A DNA stretch of 32,000 nucleotides from contig NZ_CP054059.1 in the NCBI RefSeq assembly GCF_021057185.1, forward strand, positions 510,001-542,000, written 5' to 3'. Source of the DNA: Candidatus Absconditicoccus praedator. Its GTDB lineage: Bacteria; Patescibacteriota; Gracilibacteria; Absconditabacterales; Absconditicoccaceae. Position numbers and translations under genes: made by a program. How positions within the stretch are numbered: the first letter of the stretch is position 1; each line of letters opens with the position of its first letter. The notes below the pieces were generated by a model. It did not search any database, was not told the DNA's origin, and saw only the letters and a program-made list of their open reading frames with translations. Of the stretch, positions 31,437-32,000 are shown one piece after another.

Positions 31437-32000
31437 TTAATCACATCTTACCCAGTAAACTTCATCTTCCTGAACTTCATACTCTCATATTTGATCTGCT
31501 AAATTATCTTCATCTATTCATTCAGAATAATCATATCCAAGCTGTCTTGGTGACACCTCAGCCACACTACAGTTATCTTCTATCACAGAAGACAAGATTT
31601 GTCCAGACTCAAATCACCTAATATTCCACATACTTTCAAAATCATTTTGTTTTTTTGTATCATCCTGTACCTTTACTTCTACTACTTGATCAGTAGATCC
31701 ATCATTTGTAAATCTATAAACATTACTTGTTCAATCATCCATTGATACAAATTCTTGTGAAGAATTATCCCAATTTTCAATAGTTATATAGTCTTCATAG
31801 TCAAATTCTTCTGGATATTCTTCAATATAAGCATAATGCCATTCTTCAGCAGGAATTTGAATATAATAAACTCAATCCATCACACAAACAGCATATCAGT
31901 CCTCTCAACATGGTTGATCTTCTCATTCTCAGCCTATTTCCTCTCATTCATCTTCTTCATCCTCTTCTTTTCAGTCTCCAAATCAGTCATTATATCATCT
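31437..32000 (-). CDS. hypothetical acidic, Cys-containing (probably secreted) protein; 5' end beyond the window
   Basis: 187 codons open in table 25 from the window edge to TAA at 31437-31439: ...EEDEEDEGEEIGGEGEDQPCGEDGYAVCVMDGVYYIQIPAEEWHYAYIEEYPEEF...EVYWVRCD. No family recognised. Confidence 0.5.

Noticed and set aside
1-32000. The fragmented ORF track could mean a heavily pseudogenised or error-ridden sequence.
   Set aside because: The only in-frame 'stops' inside the conserved genes are TGA, never TAA or TAG. The one exception is the small lipoprotein locus at 14382. The TGA codons sit on conserved glycines. Starts and true stops are in frame over genes up to 3.1 kb (secA, uvrA).
1-32000. 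UGA=Trp (genetic code 4, Mycoplasma-like), which is the usual first guess for an AT-rich genome.
   Set aside because: TGA aligns with invariant Gly in Walker A loops, DnaG CFGCGxGG, SecA CPCGSGKKYKxCCG and TrmD YGGGxGM. TGG is still used for Trp adjacent to TGA-Gly, as in SecA W-M-G. Reading Trp would give implausible strings such as LVWWVIWTAILWLWWFW.
1-32000. TGA read as selenocysteine.
   Set aside because: There are hundreds of TGA codons spread through every native gene at glycine positions. That is incompatible with SECIS-dependent Sec insertion.

Overview
This AT-rich 32-kb chromosomal segment is only interpretable if TGA is read as glycine (NCBI translation table 25, as in Absconditabacteria/SR1 and Gracilibacteria, Patescibacteria/CPR). 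The supplied standard-code ORF track is misleading. Its ORFs are either glycine-free fragments of real genes or antisense shadow ORFs. Reading TGA as Gly by hand gives about 30 intact genes covering roughly 29.5 kb (about 92%). Most lie on the minus strand in tight operon-like runs, and every complete gene ends in TAA or TAG, never TGA. TGA falls on invariant glycines: DnaG CFGCGAGG, Sec[15 protein letters not shown], TrmD YGGGSGM and several Walker-A loops. Gene order is dut, dcd, a 507-aa membrane-anchored hypothetical, a degenerate Lgt-like membrane protein, rny, a polysaccharide deacetylase, dnaG, an ftsE-like ATPase, trmD, a PAP2 phosphatase, elp3, a 2Fe-2S ferredoxin, a yidD-fmt fusion, a small lipoprotein, htpX, grpE, pheA, secA, an acidic-tail lipoprotein, an HI0933-type flavoprotein, nth, an HD-domain protein, folD, uvrA, a patatin-like lipase, an N-domain-less clpC, a glycine-zipper microprotein and a partial acidic protein. 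The main points for follow-up are listed here. (1) The recoding itself, with TGA the dominant glycine codon in several genes counted by hand. (2) A one-gene PAP2 island with 0 TGA among 20 Gly codons, higher GC, its own strong Shine-Dalgarno sequence and a GC-rich terminator, which suggests recent import from a standard-code organism. (3) A ferredoxin-Elp3 gene pair. (4) An in-frame YidD-Fmt fusion joined at a T8 homopolymer. (5) A UGA-dense microprotein that standard gene callers cannot see. I found no rRNA, tRNA, CRISPR array, transposase or integrase. All calls come from manual translation and remembered family motifs; no database search was run.
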